Source: Azolla caroliniana
Lineage: Eukaryota > Plantae > Polypodiophyta
Direction: 5' to 3'
NCBI GenBank assembly: GCA_043228905.1
Contig: JBHGNT010000018.1
Span: forward strand, 6,944,001-7,008,000
Length of the DNA: 64,000 bases
Shown: positions 36,949 to 49,041 of the stretch, in pieces
Position numbering within the stretch: position 1 is the first letter of the stretch
Layout: the number at the start of each line of letters is the position of its first letter
Made by a program: the position numbers and the translations under genes
The notes under the pieces: model-generated
Database searches by the model: none
The model's input: the letters and a program-made list of their open reading frames with translations, nothing else
What the model was told of the DNA's origin: nothing

Positions 36949-37969
36949 GAGAGAGTTTTGTTTATATTGAAGGAATCTACTTATTTGTATTAGAAGATTG
37001 GAAGGTGCACCAAAAAGTCTATGAGACCCCCACTATATCCAAAACTTAAGAGAGATGCGTCTAACAAGAAGGAAAACATGATTCATGTGACCATGGCATG
37101 TATGAAGATGGTTTTTGAAACTCCCAAGGATACATATAGCACAAAAGGGGAACATCTCATGCCTTTGAATAATGGGAAGACAATATTTGTAGATTACGAT
37201 TTCATAATGATTATGTTACCCCTTGTGGCTCTTGTGAAATGGAATATAAGAATGAGATGGCATTGCATGTGAGAAGAAAAATGGTTTAGGAAGATGACCT
37301 CTTCAAGCAATATATTTGGACAAAGGGGACTAGCAACACACTACGTTTTTCACAAGCACTTGACCAATTTGGAAAATTTGACATGATCTTTACGTTGATA
37401 TATGTGACATAGTTGCATCGCCCCCTCTATGAGGTTCAACATGCATTAACAACATTATTAAGGTGCACATAGCAATGTTGTCCTGTGAGCTTCAACTTGC
37501 ATAATAACAAGCAGATACCAATGTTGTCTTATGAGCTTCAACATGCATTAACAAGATGGTGAGGAGTTCAAATCCCTAAGTTTCAAGCATTTCATATATT
37601 CACAAGCCAATGCACGCACAAACGGAAACACCTTGTTAGACACTATGCATGATTCGCGTAAATACTCACGCAAACAAATGATATCCTTGCACAAAGACTA
37701 CAATGAAATGTATGAAATAACCCAAAGTTACTAAGGTTCAAATAGCCAATATGGGCTACTATAGTGGGCACTGGGTGCATTCATAGCCTACTTAAATTAT
37801 CCATAACCTCTAAATTTCTATATTTTTCCACAAGTATCTCTTAAATTATTATGTTTATGCATTTATAAAGCCTTTACATATGTAAGGAAAACCTTATGTT
37901 GAACCGACATGTTATACCTTTTTTTATGCACCGTAGAATGAATGTGTGTGTGTGTGTGATATAGCTCCA

Positions 37970-39610
37970 ACAAGGTAAGAATCCTTACGTATTTGTCGCT
38001 CGAAGAGTTTGATTTGTTTAATTTTTGTCTAGTATCATGATGAACATCTTTGTACTTTGATTTTAGGGATCTTGTCTTCTCGTAAGGTCTATTTGCAAGT
38101 AGGCTCTCATATTCTTTATCTTCTTGTAATCTTTGAGCAAGTTCAAGTTGAGATACATCTATGGATGCTTGAAACTCCAAAGAAGGATCTAATAGGAAGG
38201 GAAATGAAGAACCAATTTGGCAATTAAAAGAGTTAGAAAATGCACATAATAGCACATTTTTACTAATGTTCTTTTCATAAATGATTATGAACTTGATCAC
38301 TTAATATATGTTATCCTCATTTCCAGATATATTCCTTCTTACAAAACATGTGAATGTAAACTAATGTGCGTGTATCATAAGTGGAATGTGGTTTACACCT
38401 AATAAGGAAGCAAGCATCCATGTGAAATTAGCCTTCCTAAGGAGTCGTTGATTTTGCTTCTTTAAATCCTTCCGTGTTGTCTCCTCCTTCTTCTTGTAAT
38501 GTTCGATGTAATCATCGTTTCTTCTCAGAGAACTCTCCAACTCCACTATTCGAGCCTCCAATTTCTTGTTAATTCATTCAAAATTCAAGAAATTACTTAT
38601 TACCTTAAATTGAGATTACTAAAGGCACCAAGCTACAATTTCTAAATACAAGTTAACATTACTTATTGTCCATACTGTTATAATGTCACTAGTAAATAAA
38701 TGAGAGTATTTCCTTACTCTATATTCAACAAGAACATTAAAATTTATCTTATGAATAAGGTAATAGACCCATCATGATATTCATTTCCCGCATTGACACC
38801 CTTTGCATCGACAAATATAGAATACCTAATCTAACAACTTCATATACTAGAGACATCCTTCTAACCAAACTAGAAAAGCTAAAAGTTGGAAGCTCTTATA
38901 GATGGAAGTTGAAGATCATGGAACAAATTTTTTAGAGCTAGAAAAAGTTGAGCATTGCCGTTTGACAAGTTGTATACTCATAGAACGTCTACCAATCACA
39001 ATGTCTCTTCGAATGGGTTAGCATTTCACGCTCATATCCTTGAATACGAAAGTATATTTTTTAATGGAAATTTCATCCTCCACCAATCATCCTTTTGAGG
39101 AATTGAACCTACCCATAACCCTAAATTTTGATGATGTCTTATTGTGTGGTAAACAATATAAGACATTTGGCGTTGGAGTCTCTAAGTGTGGACAAGGTGG
39201 GAATTCTTGTATCTATGAAATGAAACTAGACTTATCTTTTAATCCTCTTAAGACCCATGTCCTTATCTCCCCGGGAAGATTCTTGACTAATCCAAGTAGC
39301 CACATCCAAGATATGGAAGCTTGGGAATCAAGATGGGAGTGTCACGAGATGATCTCGATCGGGAAATTAAATGCACAATCCTTCGAAAAAACGTACAATA
39401 GGTTGGTGTGGAGTCTGGACTATCCAACAGGCAAAGACATTGGGCAACCGACTAAAGGTTCTTGGACATGGCTAGGTGATCACGAAGGTCTTGGGTGGTG
39501 TCACAAATATGCATCAAACATGTGTGTTCTTCGATTAAGAAACTCATTTTTTGAAATCTCATAGATAAAACCTACTAGTCTTGAGATCCTATGAAAAAAC
39601 ACATTCATCA

Positions 39611-39649
<39 letters not shown>

Positions 39650-39870
39650 ATAGATGTAGATTCATTGGAAAGTGTTGGAACTTCTTTCTTACCTTGGCTC
39701 TCTTTCTCTCTTGTTTCAAGATCAAGGCTACAATTTGGTCATCATCACACCCATGAAAGCAATCCAAATTATAACTCAGATCCATCTAATCTCTGTTGGT
39801 TACAGTCTTCGTCGTCGTCATTTTGCCCACCATAAATTAAACCATCGTTTTCTGCATTTGCTCATCATCA
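37970..39870 (-). pseudogene. Degenerate spliced gene of unknown function (coiled-coil segments)
   Basis: Exon-like coding blocks, some bounded by GT/AG (..ERKRAK|GTAAG at ~39690; ..EARIVELESSLRRNDDYIEHYKKKEE..; ..ELAQRLQEDKEYESLL..SDKY|GTAAG), with in-frame stops; family not recognised. Confidence 0.35.
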
Positions 39871-41355
39871 TTTATACAGATTCTAAAATCGCCCACAAGC
39901 GTTTCATGCTTTGACATACTCATTCAGAGATTCTAAATCGCCCATAAGTTGTTGCCATGAATGGATTTTGTTTCTTTTCCTTTCCTACTTGCTTTTGTTC
40001 CTGATTTTTGAACAGAGAGAGAGAGACTGTGTCGTATATAGTCATTTTAACAAATTTTACTCTGCAAAGGCTATTTGATTCTTACACCATTTTGCGTGCC
40101 CTTTCATCATAGAAGCATCTCTACAGATGCTTCTTTCACACTAGGGGTGGTAAGGCGGGCTTTTGAAGAGAATTCTACGAATCGCCCACTCTCGACACAT
40201 AACTCCGAACATTTCAATTTCTACCCGTTTGTCGGTTTTAGATTATAGCACAATACAAAGTGTGATTGAATTAAAAATAGCCATGATTTTGAATACAGAA
40301 AACCCATCACTTCCTAATAATTTTGCGGGACCTCCTTGGAAGGTTTGAAATTTATTATGTCCAATTCCATACGCCATCTAATGATCTAGGGTAAACCCCA
40401 TCAAATGTTGATTCTTGAATGACGCCACAAAAATCCCTGTAACTATCTTCCAATTGATGTAGCTAAGGCAAGTCAAAGTTGCACGAGGTTTAGTTTCTCA
40501 CATTATAGAGGCAAACGTTGTCTTGCCAATCAATCCTCCAGTACTTTCTAGACATTAAATTCGAAAAACTACCTAGCAAAGTTTGTTATAAATAACCTTG
40601 AGTTCATGAATAACCTAGCACCATGTAACTAACAAAGTCTTTATTCTCGCCTTTAGGCATTCAACAATATATCCTTATATTATGCCACACACTTGGAAGA
40701 ATTACTCATATGTTCTACAATAGCCTCATGCATGATTTGTGGTGTTTATGCATACATGTGACTTGATCTACTTAACAATGAGACTTATTACTACTACAAA
40801 AATATGTGCATCGAACATGATGATTTAAACGTTACTTTGAAACTTCATGATGTCATCGTGAATGCGTAATGCTCAAGATATCTTGACCTAAATATAATAA
40901 TGTGTAGTTGAATTTACCATGTAAAAATAAGGCCTAGAGCCACCTTATGACAATTTAAGCAAGTTTGGATTATGTTGTGATGAACACCAACTTGTGATTC
41001 CTTGGAAGTTTGAAATTACCATATCCCATAAAACCTTTTTCATAACATATCATGCCCATCGTTTGATTTATTGGTTTCAACTATCAATTAAACCTTTTTC
41101 ACAACATAACATGCCCATAGTTTGGTTTATTGATTTCTAACTATCAAATGTTCACATCATTGTGTGCTCACACCTTGGAGCCTAGGCGAACAAGCAATCT
41201 TAAGCACATAGTGGACATGTAGGGGCTGTAACAATTTAGCTTAGCACTTACATGTAATAGACATATATATGTAAGTGTCATGAGTCGATAAGAGAATTAT
41301 ACCAAAAAAACACAACCTGATTTGATTACAACAATAACATGGGTAACGATAAATT

Positions 41356-41721
41356 TCATAGAGCCTTTGGAGACAAATATGGCAAACCCACATAATTTAC
41401 AAGTACACCTCGACTCGAGACATTACGATCTCGAGGGTGATGGAACTTACAATTTGCACCATATCCACACTCACCAGTCTTCATGTAGTGTTGGCACTCA
41501 AGTTGATCCGGTCGTTCTGGGTAAATAATAATTTCCTTATTTCCCAACGTGGGTGAGGGATGAGTAGGTAATCGTAATGCCATTGGCCCAGTTATAAATG
41601 AAGGATAGAGGTTCATGGCCATTGGATCCCGAGATGGTTGAGGTGGTATCAAGGCATTATATGTGTAGTCCACACGTAATGCATGTTGTGTATCATGAGG
41701 ATTCCCCGTTGGTGATGTGGT
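41356..41721 (-). CDS. CCCH gene coding exon 5 (finger 4, stop)
   Basis: CAG|TTSPTG...[30 protein letters not shown]...[10 protein letters not shown]. Confidence 0.85.
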   Translation of the reverse strand, partial: TTSPTGNPHDTQHALRVDYTYNALIPPQPSRDPMAMNLYPSFITGPMALRLPTHPSPTLGNKEIIIYPERPDQLECQHYMKTGECGYGANCKFHHPRDRNVSSRGVLVNYVGLPYLSPKAL

Positions 41722-44157
41722 CTGCAATAGTCGTCAATAGTATCAAAAAATATCCTTTTCTAATAGAAATAATGGGAAACTTTGGATAATGCCCTTCCAC
41801 TACGGGCGTAACATGAAAATCACTCTCTTGATGTCTTTGGAGCTACCCAATTATATCCTCAATAAAGAATGGGAGAAGAGTAACACAATTAGCAAAAGAA
41901 AGATCGAATAGTTTATGCCCTTGTCTTATGGGCCAAAATTTTTACTTTATTAGATTTTTACGTTAAGTTTGATGACTAATTCTTGATCGAGGGTTACAAA
42001 TGTCCAGCATTTTTTAAACTTTCCAAGATGCCTTTTCATAATACACCCAAAAATGAAAGGGTATCTCTAGGAGTCGGCACTAGCTCCGCTCAAGCCTAAA
42101 CCGAGCATTAAACATTTTGGTGGTTCAAATTGGCTTGGTTCAGGCTTGAGCTTCCATAACCGGTTTGAGCTCAATTTGGGATGGTTGAAGCCAAACCGAG
42201 CCGTTTTGGGCTAAACCAATTAGGCTTAATCGGTTTCGATAAACCGGTTTAAGAGCCAATTTGGTTCAAGTTTGAAAACTCCCAGACCAGTTAAGGCTTC
42301 GCCGGTTTGGTTTGGACTAGGCCAAACGGATTAAACCAAAACCGTACCGTTGCCGATTCCTAGGTATCTTTACAAAATTGCTCTCTGTCCGAGAAAATGG
42401 ATTTAAACCCCTATATGTATGACAACCCAAAAATGAATGTTGTTTTTGGAACCTTCCTCTTAAGATGAGGTAAAAGGACATCAAAAGGGTATTATCCGAA
42501 CTCCCTCCCTCTAATTAAATTAGAAATGCAATGAAACCGACTTGCCCGTCCTGGCACTACTTGTATATGACACCCCAAAACAAAGGTAATTTTCCATAAT
42601 CCGCTAGGCTAGGACGAGAAAAAGGACCTACCGGATATGGGTTCCAAGCAATGACACCTTGTCGGGAAGGTAAGACGGCAGGTGTGAAAGCGGACGGACT
42701 TGCGGGAAAACGCGGTGGGTAGGGACCCCTCGCAATAGGCCATGTGGGAAAACTGGTCGGGTAGAGTTGAAGTGGTGACGATGAATTTGATGCCATGCCA
42801 ATGGAGGGGAGCACAGGAGGAGCACCTTGTAGAGAAACATATGGTTGTGGGTGATTATATTTACATGTAATCTCATATTTGCATGACCCTGTCCTCATGT
42901 AATAAGCACAGTCCTTCTCACCCTGCTCATTCCACACACACTAAATTAATTATTCATGATAAACTTTGTTAACATTCCCCCATTGCAAGCATATGAGCAT
43001 GGCATGCATAGATGTTTTTCTCTTTTTTTGGTTGTGTGTATATATATATATATGTGGTATGGAATCTATGGAGTAAAAAGTTAAAGAAATCCCTCCAGAT
43101 TTGGGTGGATGTTTTAGGCTATGAAACTCCTAGGAGGTATGAAAATTTGGGGGCTAAATTTACTGTTTCAAAACATTTAGACTTACTTTTTTGGTGAATA
43201 TTGCTAGTTGTTTTTGGTAACAACTGTGGGCCTATCCTATATCTTTTAAGGACCTTGGTCATCAAAACAACCCCAGGTTTCCAAAAAATCCTTTGAAAAT
43301 TTAGAACTTTTGGGAATACATAAATGAAATTATATGCATGTGTAAATGGTTTACATATGTATATGCAAGATGCATCGGGATCGGACCTTTGTATGCATGC
43401 CTATCGATGAATCCACATACCGGGCGCAAAGGTAGATTCAAGACATTCAATTGAGTTTGGCCTTTGTCTCGTGGATGATCGAACTTGCATGTCATTCCGA
43501 ATTTGCAAGTGCCGGTTTTGAGATAATACTGTTACAGGCAAAAAAGAAAAGAAAAAAGATTCGATGCATATATTAATCCAAGGATTTGATCCAAGGAATG
43601 TGTGTATGACAAGTTCATGATGAACAACACTTGTTTGATCAATGCATGATGTCTTCCACTTAAATATAGTTATGTCATTATCTTTGTAATGATCAATGCA
43701 TGATGTTTTCCACTTATTAAATATAGTTATGGCATTATCTTTGTAATGGGCTGATTAGTTTACTTGACATTCCGGCTCGCCAATTCGCTCGGGGTAATCT
43801 CCTTTGGTCCATGTCCCTGTCTCAATGGCCGCCTGCGAAACAAAGAGAAAAGAAAACTGAGATGTAACTACATACATATTGCAAAGCACAAGCCCTCTTA
43901 TTGGTGATCATTCATTGACCAACAAGCATTTCACAAACTTAGAGACTTTCTATGTTTTTTTTTTTGCTTTCAATGTTGATTTGTTTCTCCACAGAGGCGC
44001 TCTTAGAGACCATGCTACTAAGAAACCCTAGAAATAGAAGTTCAAAAAACTAAGGGATCCATGTCTCTTGTTTTGTGGGATTGAAGGTTTGCAGCAACAG
44101 GAACATGTCAAAACAAGTAGAGCCATGGGCATTAAAAAGAAGGTATGAAGTGGTGAT

Positions 44158-44195
<38 letters not shown>

Positions 44196-44374
44196 CATAC
44201 CAGGCTTTTGGGGGTTGGATGGTTGAATTTGCAGCGAGATCCAAATGAGCAGAGTCCGGTGCGCATGTAGTGGGCACAATTGGGTTGTCCGGGTCGCTCA
44301 GGAAACGACCCCGATCCTGATCCCGACCCCGGCCTTCCTTGTGGAGGTTCATGTGCTAGGCCCATGTGCCACAT
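41356..44374 (-). CDS. Tandem CCCH (C-x8-C-x5-C-x3-H) zinc-finger RNA-binding protein, ZFN1/HUA1-like family; 5 coding exons, ~335 aa
   Basis: join(44374-44201, 43832-43764, 43528-43421, 42922-42632, 41721-41356); all introns GT-AG, phase 0. Four fingers: [116 protein letters not shown]. The start codon could lie further upstream. Confidence 0.88.
42068..42362. mobile_element. hAT-type MITE in the last intron of the CCCH gene
   Basis: TIRs TAGGAGTCGGCA / TGCCGATTCCTA; 8-bp TSD GGTATCTC / GGTATCTT (42060-42067, 42363-42370); internal AAACC/GGTTT repeats. Confidence 0.88.
42632..42922 (-). CDS. CCCH gene coding exon 4
   Basis: CAG|[12 protein letters not shown]...WNPYP|GTAGGT. Confidence 0.88.
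43421..43528 (-). CDS. CCCH gene coding exon 3
   Basis: CAG|[36 protein letters not shown]|GTATGT. Confidence 0.9.
43764..43832 (-). CDS. CCCH gene coding exon 2
   Basis: CAG|[23 protein letters not shown]|GTAAAC. Confidence 0.88.
44201..44374 (-). CDS. CCCH gene coding exon 1 (finger 1)
   Basis: [10 protein letters not shown]...[11 protein letters not shown]|GTATGC; acceptor CATAG at 44383-44387. Confidence 0.85.
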
Positions 44375-45618
44375 TGCAGAATCTATGTACACACACAGAG
44401 ATAATATGTGTATATGAATGATGATTATGGATGAGTGAATGATTTAATGAAAATATATATATATATATATGGATTGTTGGATGGATGGGATGGATAAAAT
44501 CAATTCTGTGAGGATGGATTCAAATTCAAGTGAAGCCTGAATCAACTATGAATTTAACTCAAGAAATTAATGCATGAGAAAATGCAATAGACTGTCAGAG
44601 AGAAGGTTACAAATTATGTGTTCTTTTGAAAGGAAGAATCATGTAAATTTATAACTCGCAAACCTCTTAAGCTTTGCAAGCAGCTGTCTATTGAAAGAAG
44701 GAATTTAATGACAGGATTCCCATGATGGCCATTGTACCTTCCGAAGTAGCAACTGTCCTGACAGAGGAATTAAGAGGTGATTCTGAGAATTGATGATATT
44801 GCCATTCTGGATGTAGTTGCCTTGAGAGAGAAGATATAATTGTCGAAGAAGTTGAGGAGGAATCCTTGGATGTGTCGATCAGGTCTATATTCCATCAGCA
44901 ATGCGTCAAATTATTTAATGAAAAGATCAAGATTCCGTAGCTTCTGATCTGCCAATATTGTCTGAAGAAAAAAACGAGGATCTGAAGACGACCCAGTTCA
45001 TCTAACCTCTGATCTGAAGAACCCAAATCGTTACGATAAAAGAAGAAGAGAAATCGCTGATCTGAGAACCAGAATGTGAGATAGCAGCAACAGCAGCCGG
45101 CAGTAGTAAAGATCGGGAATGGCGAAGGGAGGAATTACATATCGGAAAGTGGTTTTTGATAGCAGAAACAAAGCCTGAGGGATTAGAAATAATTTAGTAA
45201 AGAATGAATCAATGAAAGAAGGAGAAGAAGAAGACGATGAAGATGAAGATGAAGATGAAGAAGAAGGGTTCAGAAGAGAGGGGTAGATTTCTTTAACAAC
45301 AGAAAGGGCATTTTATTTTTGGGGGGAGATTAGTGAAGCAGAAGACGAAGGTGGAGATGAAGGTTTTCTGTTCTTTATTTCTTCTTTCTTTTTCAGCTAT
45401 GGCGAGAGAGTACCAAAGACAAGGAAAAGAAGAGTTGAAGAAGAAGAAGAAGAAGAAAAGAGTGAAGTTAGTGAAAGAGGAGTGATATTTATGGAGGATA
45501 TGGTTAATGGAATATCACTCAAATCAATGCAATTTGTAGGGAGTCCCAAAGTGACCCCTCAGACCTTCCTCTCTTCTTGTTCGTGTTCATGTTCGTCCTT
45601 CGAGGCGGACTTTGTATA

Positions 45619-45910
45619 GGTCTTGGTCTTGGTCTTGGAGTTTGTACATGTCTTGGTCTTGGTCTTGGTCTAGGTATTGGGCTTGGTCTTGGGCATTGCC
45701 TTGGTCTTGGCCTTAGTCTTGGTCTTGGTCTAGGTCTAGGTCTAGGTCTTGAACTTGGTCTTGGGCTTTGCCTTGGTCTGAGTATTGGGATTGGTTTTGG
45801 GCTTTGTCGTGGCCTGGGTCTAGGGCTTTGCCTTAGTCTTGGTCTTGGAGTTTGCACAGGTCTTAGCCTGGGCCTGGGCCTGGGCCTTGGTCTTGGTCTT
45901 GGTCTTGGCA
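45619..45910. repeat. Degenerate (GGTCTT)n hexamer array
   Basis: About 48 degenerate hexamers; open as poly(Gly-Leu) on + and poly(Pro-Arg) on -. Confidence 0.9.
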
Positions 45911-46597
45911 TTGGCTTCAACATTGGGGATGGCATTGACATTGGGGTTTGTTTTGGCGTTTGTATTCGTGTTCATGTTGGTGTCAGCGTTGGCACTAGCT
46001 ACTTGATATCATCCCTCGTGTGAGAGTTCCACCATCTTGGCTTTGCTTTACCTTCCTCCAAGATGGTGGAACTCTCACACAAACGCTCACCCTTGCACTA
46101 TGATCTATAGTTTCAATCCCAAGGAACCGCGTCATCCTTGCTTATATCACTTTAGTTGTTATGTACTCGAGAACTTTAACTTGATCAAGTTGGTAAAATT
46201 AATGGAAGACCGTGAACCAAATATGTGTTATATGATTAGTTGTAGTCGGTCCTCCCACATTCCCCATGATCATTCGTTCACTTTTCACATGATATCTTTT
46301 CAATGTTATGAGTTGATAGATGTTCATGAAGATCGATTTGATACAATAGCCTCGTCAATGTCATGACTTGTAAGAGAAAGGAATATGGTTTTTTGATCAA
46401 GCCAACTTCTTTGGCATATTGTGTGTACTTCCGTGTAACTTGTAAGAGTTTGATAATGAATAGTGTCATGTTAATGCAACACGTGCTCAAGGCTACAAGC
46501 ATGATATTGTCAATGTTATTGCTCCTATAGTTCTTTGTGAACTCCTTATGGAGTTAAATGAGGAAATTACCTTATTGATGTCATCCTTGGCATGTGT

Positions 46598-46965
46598 GAG
46601 GCCATTCAATGAATTTATTTACGTTATCACATCAATGATTCAATCTAACATGTAGTGTGCATGATATAGGTTGGACATGATGAGTACCAGTGACATTTTA
46701 ACTGTGTCAATATCATCCCTAGCATCACTGAGGCCATTCATGAGTTTATTTGAATTACCAAATCAAAGGTCCAATCTAAAATGTAATGTGCATGACATAG
46801 GATGGACATAGTGAGTACTAGTGATGTTTTGACCGTTCAATATCATCGCTAGCATTGCTGAGGCCATTCATGAATTTATTTGAATTACCAAATCAAAGGT
46901 CGAATCTAAAATGTAATGTTCATGATATAGGATGGACATAGTGAATACTAGTGATGTTTTGAACT
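46598..46965. repeat. ~130-bp tandem repeat, about 3 copies
   Basis: Units start GAGGCCATTCA at 46598, 46730 and 46860 and share AATCTAA..ATGT..GGACAT..AGTGA. Confidence 0.85.
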
Positions 46966-48649
46966 TCTCCATCATTTAAGTTACTATAATAGAAGATGCG
47001 ATTAAATTTAGATGTCTTGATTGGCATTACCTCTTTTTTTTTCTTCTTCTTTTTCCCAAAATGGCATGACCTCTTATGCATTTGTTCAATCTACATCTAT
47101 TGATACTGTTGTGCTTTTGTTGATGTAGCACTCACTCAAACTACCGTATTTCAAATTTTCCAAACGTTGCTCTTACTCTCTTACATTATTATCCATTCAA
47201 TGATTGAATTTGTTTTCCACCTATTATTAAAACACAATTAGTATGGCATATGCATGTGCAACAATTTTCCTATGATCCATCAAGTTATGTTCACATGTGT
47301 ACAAAAAGTTATGTTCGAATGTTATCATCCCAAAGGTTCTCGGAGTAACCAAATATTACAACCACCAATATTTGAACATGCCATTGTGGTTGGGTCTGTT
47401 CGTCGGTAACTATGTTCTAGAAACATTTATTCTATATATTTCATATAAACTTATGTTGAATTGTACATAATTAAAAAGTTGTCATGTTGTTTGACATAGA
47501 CGTATCATTGGTTCAAGTGTGTCGGCAATGTAATCCTAATTATGGTTACTTTGTCCCAAAAAAATGTGGAAACACAATAATAAGCCAAGGATTTTTACAA
47601 CATTTCTGCGACTTGAGGTCATTCCTTTACATAATGTCCTCTCATATGTGAATGAGATTAGGTGTATGGTCACCACCATGTTGCATTTTAAAGTTTCAAG
47701 TAAAGGTGGGATCTAGATTAAATCTAGTACAAAGTAGGTCTCCTCAAAAGTTATCGATCCCTCCTCTTGAGATAGGGACAAAATCACATGAGCATGTCAT
47801 CACTATGGGGAAAAAATACTCATCATAGAGTCTAATGCCCCATAATATATGTTACTCTCTATATGCATGCGTTTAATACAAGCAAACATAAGTATAAAGG
47901 GTATGGTCCCTTGACAATGCCCACAGTCTATTTATGAGATGAGAAACGATGGTATGGTATTCACAATAGTGAACAATTTCTAATTAAACATAACGTATTT
48001 ATATATACACATGATGACACATAAGGCATCATATTTCATGGCATTAAAAGTAATTGTGATAGCTACATAATTATGCTTTTGTGATTTTTAAAAAGCTTGC
48101 AACAATTAATGAGAAGTTTCGATCACTTGATTGGCATTTGAAATTCTTGCACAATAGTGATCACTACCAAAGTCTGTGCATTTTCTCTTTTGTTTTAAGT
48201 AATCGATCGGGCTCCCTTGCATAAACAATGGAAAAAATATAAAAAAATACCACAAATAAATAAGGATCTAGCAAAAACTTTTATACATTTTGTTGGAAAC
48301 TTTAAATAGGGAACTTTATGTTCCCTATATCACCTTATATAATTATTTCCAACCGACAAAGTTCACAAATGTTCAATTCACAACTTCAACTAGAAGTTTG
48401 GTTACTTTCACCATTTGTACAAAAAGAATAAAACATGGGCCCCCAATCACATTGAAAGCGCATGATACTAAATTGATTCAAGATTGTTGCAAGAAAAAAC
48501 AACTTGTTTCTTCTTGCGAATATAAGTGAAAATCTCATTAATCTTAGTCATCAGTCAATTTGTTAACAAGATCTCATAACAACATATGCCATGTCAACAT
48601 ACAAAAATATTTTATTTTGTGAGGCTGAATCTAAAAGGGAAGGCTTGTA

Positions 48650-49041
48650 ACCCGTGATGTGTTGGTGTAATGGTAATGGGGGGACACTCCAACCGCTAGG
48701 TTGGAGGTTCGAGTCTCCCCGCACCAACATACATGTGGTACCTAAAAAAGTTTGTGCCCTTAAGTGGCGATGACGCAAATGGTGACAATGAAGGGTTTAC
48801 GGGATGGTGATAACAATGACGGTTTCGATGATGAAGAAGGTAAAATGTAGCTTGTCTACAAGTTGCATGATGGAATATCCTAGAGGTCATCCTGTGCATG
48901 TATCTCACTCGTACCATTCGGTACACCCCCTGATGGACTATGTACTGCTAATAAAACATGACTTCGTGTGAGTTGTAGCCTTCGGGCGAGCCAAAAGATA
49001 AAAAATACTAAAGTAGTATAAACAAATAAGAAAAGAAGAAG
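48650..49041 (+). mobile_element. tRNA-derived SINE
   Basis: Pol III A box TGGTGTAATGG (48663-48673) and B box GGTTCGAGTCT (48706-48716); A-rich tail; perfect 15-bp TSD AAGGGAAGGCTTGTA (48635-48649, 49042-49056). Confidence 0.85.

Noticed and set aside
39040-39564. 174-aa plus-strand ORF
   Set aside because: Non-ATG start, no motif, and opposite to the exon-like minus-strand blocks.
43637-43747. Short tandem duplications (also ~41030-41150, ~22937-23045, ~37470-37545)
   Set aside because: Ordinary local slippage duplications in intron or intergenic DNA.
48660-48730. Possible tRNA gene
   Set aside because: No canonical cloverleaf or anticodon arm; tail and TSD identify it as a SINE head.
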